A stretch of 63,945 nucleotides of DNA, filler included, from Atractiella rhizophila (lineage: Eukaryota), in the NCBI GenBank assembly GCA_021432655.1. It is 7 parts of 7 records of this genome, joined end to end, with 100 filler letters (N's around TTAATTAATTAA, not from the genome) between each part and the next. Parts side by side here need not be neighbours in the genome. Positions count along the whole stretch, not along the records: positions 60,264 to 62,710 come from MU271386.1; positions 62,811 to 63,945 come from MU271429.1; 5 more parts are not named here. The stretch is one strand, 5' to 3'. Positions within the stretch are counted from its first letter, which is position 1, and each line of letters begins with the position of its first letter. Positions 60,808-63,945 of this stretch are shown here, in pieces. Made by a program: the position numbers and the translations under genes. The notes beneath the pieces are model-generated. The model did not search any database. It was not told the origin of the DNA and was given only the letters and a program-made list of their open reading frames with translations.

Positions 60808-62710
60808 ATGTTCAGAGCAAACCCAGGACACTCCCAACCATCCTTCGAATCCTACAAGCTCTCGCTCACTCCCCCACTCTCCAGCACCTCCCACCATCTC
60901 CCCGTCCCATCCGCCTCCACCTCCAGCGATGACGAAAGGGAGCTGTTCTCGTTCAAGGAGGCGAGGTATCACGCTGCGTTCAATGCGTTGTCCATTGCGG
61001 CAGGAGGAAAAGAGCTCGCCTATGTCGCTCAGGGAAAGGTGGTCAGGATAAGATGGGCTGAGGGGGAGGAGGTGTGTTGCTTCTTTCAGTTCAGTTTTGT
61101 GTTTTCCGAAATGTTTATGTTTAAATGTGCATCACGCTGGCAGCATTGCCCAACTGGATTGCTGTTGAAATCCATATCACAAGCGAGTGGATGATGTGGT
61201 GTAAGAGGCCGCGATGATCCCTAGATCAATCTTGAAGGCATTGTAGTAAGCTTATAACGACACGAGGGCATAAATCCTAAAATGTTATCTAGAGGGACGT
61301 TATTATGTATGATATGCAAAGCTATCATTCTACAAATACTGAATCTCTCGCTGACCATTATTTTTCAATCATCCAGCCAGCATTTTTCGTCCACCCGCTC
61401 CCCACCAGTTCAACGACAACCTCCACATCCGAACGCGCACACGCCCTTCCTCTCCCTCCGCTCGACACCATCTCTCCCTCCACATCTCCCACCTGGCTAA
61501 TCAGCTCCGGCACCTCCCTCCTACACATCCTCTCCTTTTCTCCCTCCGACACCGACGCCAACGACGCGGGAACCTGGAAGACGATCGACCTCTCACGACC
61601 CTTCAAGCTGCACGCGAGCTCCTCAACGCATGCTCTCGTCAGTTTTCGGCTTCCTGGGAAGGAACACTCAGGTGAGGGCAGCGTGAAGAGCAGGGGTTAT
61701 GAAGTCGCGTTGGTTCCCCTGGATGAGGGTTTGAAGGGAGCGGAGGGAGAGTGGAGGATGTGGATGGCTGAAGATGTGCCTGCTTTTGCTTTTGCTCTTC
61801 CGGATGGTGGAGGTGCAGCGTTCATCGTCGGTCTAAGGGGACGGGTGATGGGAGGGGAGAGTGTGGGTGACGTAAAGGAGGACGGGGACGAGGATGTGAT
61901 GGAAGTGGACGGATCGGTTTCTCAAAAGAAAGAGGAGGAGGAGAAAGCAGAATACCAATGGACCCAAACCGAGTCCTCACTCTCACTCTCCATCCCCCTC
62001 CCACCTTCCTACACCTCCAAACCTCTCATCACCTTCACTTCCACCACTCTCACAATCTTCCCTCCCCTCCCCCCCTTTCCATCCACCCCAGTTCAGCTCT
62101 GGTCCACCATCCTCCCCACCGACTCCTTCTACTCCATATCCGACCGTACTCTCGACCTAGAACTCGCCAAACCCGAAAACAGCCCCGAACGCTGGATATC
62201 CCCTTTCGCCTCGCCCTCACTGGAGAGAGAGGAAGATGAAGACCTGTCTGACCGTCGAGCGCGGGTAGAGGACATGCAACGTCTCTTCTCCTCCACTTCT
62301 GCTTCAGCTTCTTCAGGCGAGGGACGAGCAGGTCGAGTGGCGAGGATTGACGAGGAGGAAGACGAGGGGATGGAGGATGGGGTTGAGGAGGAAGACGTGG
62401 CTCTGTATCGATTAGGAGAAGATGGGACGGTTGAAGGGGTGGATAGAGCTTTACGCGTCCTATCTACTCCTTTTGGAGGCACAGGGCCAAGTTTAATTCT
62501 GAAACAAGGGATCGACGGCCTTCTCTTCTCTCTCCAACTCCAACAACATCCAAACGGAGGACCAGCATCGAGGACGAAAGGAAGGACGACTCTTGGCGCA
62601 GAACATATCTGTACCTTCCCAGCCCTATCTTACGTCCTCTCCTCCAAACGGTCGAAACGGTACGTTTTCCACAGCTCTCGGTTCGTGGTGTGTTTGGAGG
62701 ATGGGAATGC
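60808..62710 (+). CDS. NUDCD1: NudC domain-containing protein 1 (CS/p23 domain), 3'-truncated
   Basis: PSFESYKL N-terminus, CS-domain YQWTQTESSLSLSIPLP, HICTFPALSYVLSSKR; intron 61072-61376 in phase. Confidence 0.8.
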
Positions 62711-62810
62711 NNNNNNNNNNNNNNNNNNNNNNNNNNNNNNNNNNNNNNNNNNNNTTAATTAATTAANNNNNNNNNNNNNNNNNNNNNNNNNNNNNNNNNN
62801 NNNNNNNNNN

Positions 62811-63041
62811 AAAACCAAGCGCGTTTTTCTTCAAATATTCCTCGATCGTTCCGCTCAGAAGCTCGTTCGTAGACGGCAGGACAAAGTCGAAGGGGACAGG
62901 TTCAGTGGACGAGACGAGCTTGTTGATGAGCTCGGATAGATGAAATCGTCGCCAGTCAACTGGTATAAGATATGTCGAGTCCGGTATAGAATACAAGGGG
63001 GACTTAGAGACCAAGCGAGCTCGCACGGAGGCAGCAGACAT
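62811..63041 (-). CDS. YTM1: Ribosome biogenesis protein Ytm1/WDR12, N-terminal NLE domain (3'-truncated)
   Basis: YSIPDSTYLIPVDWRRFHLSELINKL...PVPFDF...ELLSGTIEEYL. Confidence 0.85.
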
Positions 63042-63945
63042 CTTGAACGAGTTGGCCAAAAATTTGGGAACGGGAAAGGATTAGATGCAGGATTAGAGCT
63101 TAAACTTTAGTGCAGCAGCCAGTCGTTCCTTCACTAATTTGTTTTGGTACTGATTTTCAAAATTTTCCTTCGCCACTTTACCAGCTTGGATACCCACTGT
63201 CGTGCTCGAAGCAATACTAGACGCAAGGTTTGAGGGTGAATATTACCTGTGCCGTTTGACCGCTGTGTGCCACTGCGTTCATTAGGGCTGTTTCAAAATC
63301 TTTCTCTCTTCGATTGCGAGGAAACGCACGGCGCTTCTTCTCCGAACCCCAGAAAGAGAACTATTAAGCAGCGCTCTTAAACGCCAATTGTCTTCTCTCT
63401 GATCGTCATTTACTGAACAGGAAACACATGCTGACAAAGATGACGATAGAAATGAAACTCTAGGGACAGGAAAGAGGAGTCTAGGTTACAACAAGGAACT
63501 AGAGGCCCTTCTTGTGCTGTACATCTCCACTTGACCCGTCTGCTCAGCAGACGACTCGTACGGATTTACCATAAAATTTCAATGAAGCGTTTTTATTGCT
63601 TGTGAACGGCGTGGTACGAAGTCCCTGTGAACGACTTTGCGGTGGCAGCATGTGCGGTAGCTGGTGCGTCCAAGATGTAAGATGCAATCACATGCGCAGC
63701 TAAACAGCAGAAATATCACATTCAGATCAGATGATTATCCTACAGGCATTGTCACAAGAACGGGCATGTTCCGCGAAAACAGTCAATGCAATCAGTTTCT
63801 TTGACTGATCCTTCAAAAGCGACCAGAATTCGGGGATGTATTCATTAGCGTTTCTGAAGTTCATCCCACAGTAATTAAGCCAACGTCTTTCCGAATCGTT
63901 CGAATAGCTCTTCAGCCACTTGCTCAATCAGCTCCCTCTTTCGCA

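Noticed and set aside
27494..62766. Recurrent palindrome TTAATTAATTAA
   Set aside because: Always centred in 44+44 Ns; an artificial six-frame-stop contig linker, not biological.

Overview
Intron-rich fungal nuclear DNA, most likely a basidiomycete (basidiomycete-type G-gamma, Cap64-like protein, NudCD1, ~50-60 nt GT-AG introns). It is a draft assembly. Six 100-nt linkers (44N-TTAATTAATTAA-44N) join separate contigs, and single-base indels interrupt conserved genes (NOP2, PEX3), so adjacency across linkers and isolated frameshifts are unreliable. Ordinary genes: OST1, a glycosyltransferase-like protein, a DHA1 MFS transporter, tartrate dehydrogenase, NmrA-like, DBF2, MAK31, fumarate reductase-cytochrome b5, Cap64-like, NOP2, SMN-like, PEX3, G-gamma, ADA1, ISWI, NUDCD1, YTM1 and a polyol dehydrogenase pseudogene. 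The main discovery is an apparently intact 6,120-bp cut-and-paste transposon (13209-19328). It has CA...TG terminal inverted repeats, an exact 7-bp target duplication (GATTACC) and a spliced ~1,670-aa transposase with P-element-like catalytic motifs, no THAP domain and a large Cys/His-rich C-terminal extension. Also notable: decayed repeat tracts with a CpA->TpA (Neurospora-type) RIP-like signature, two Helitron-type 3' ends sharing a covarying hairpin, and a Ty3/gypsy pol fragment. All calls come from reading the sequence; no database searches were run.
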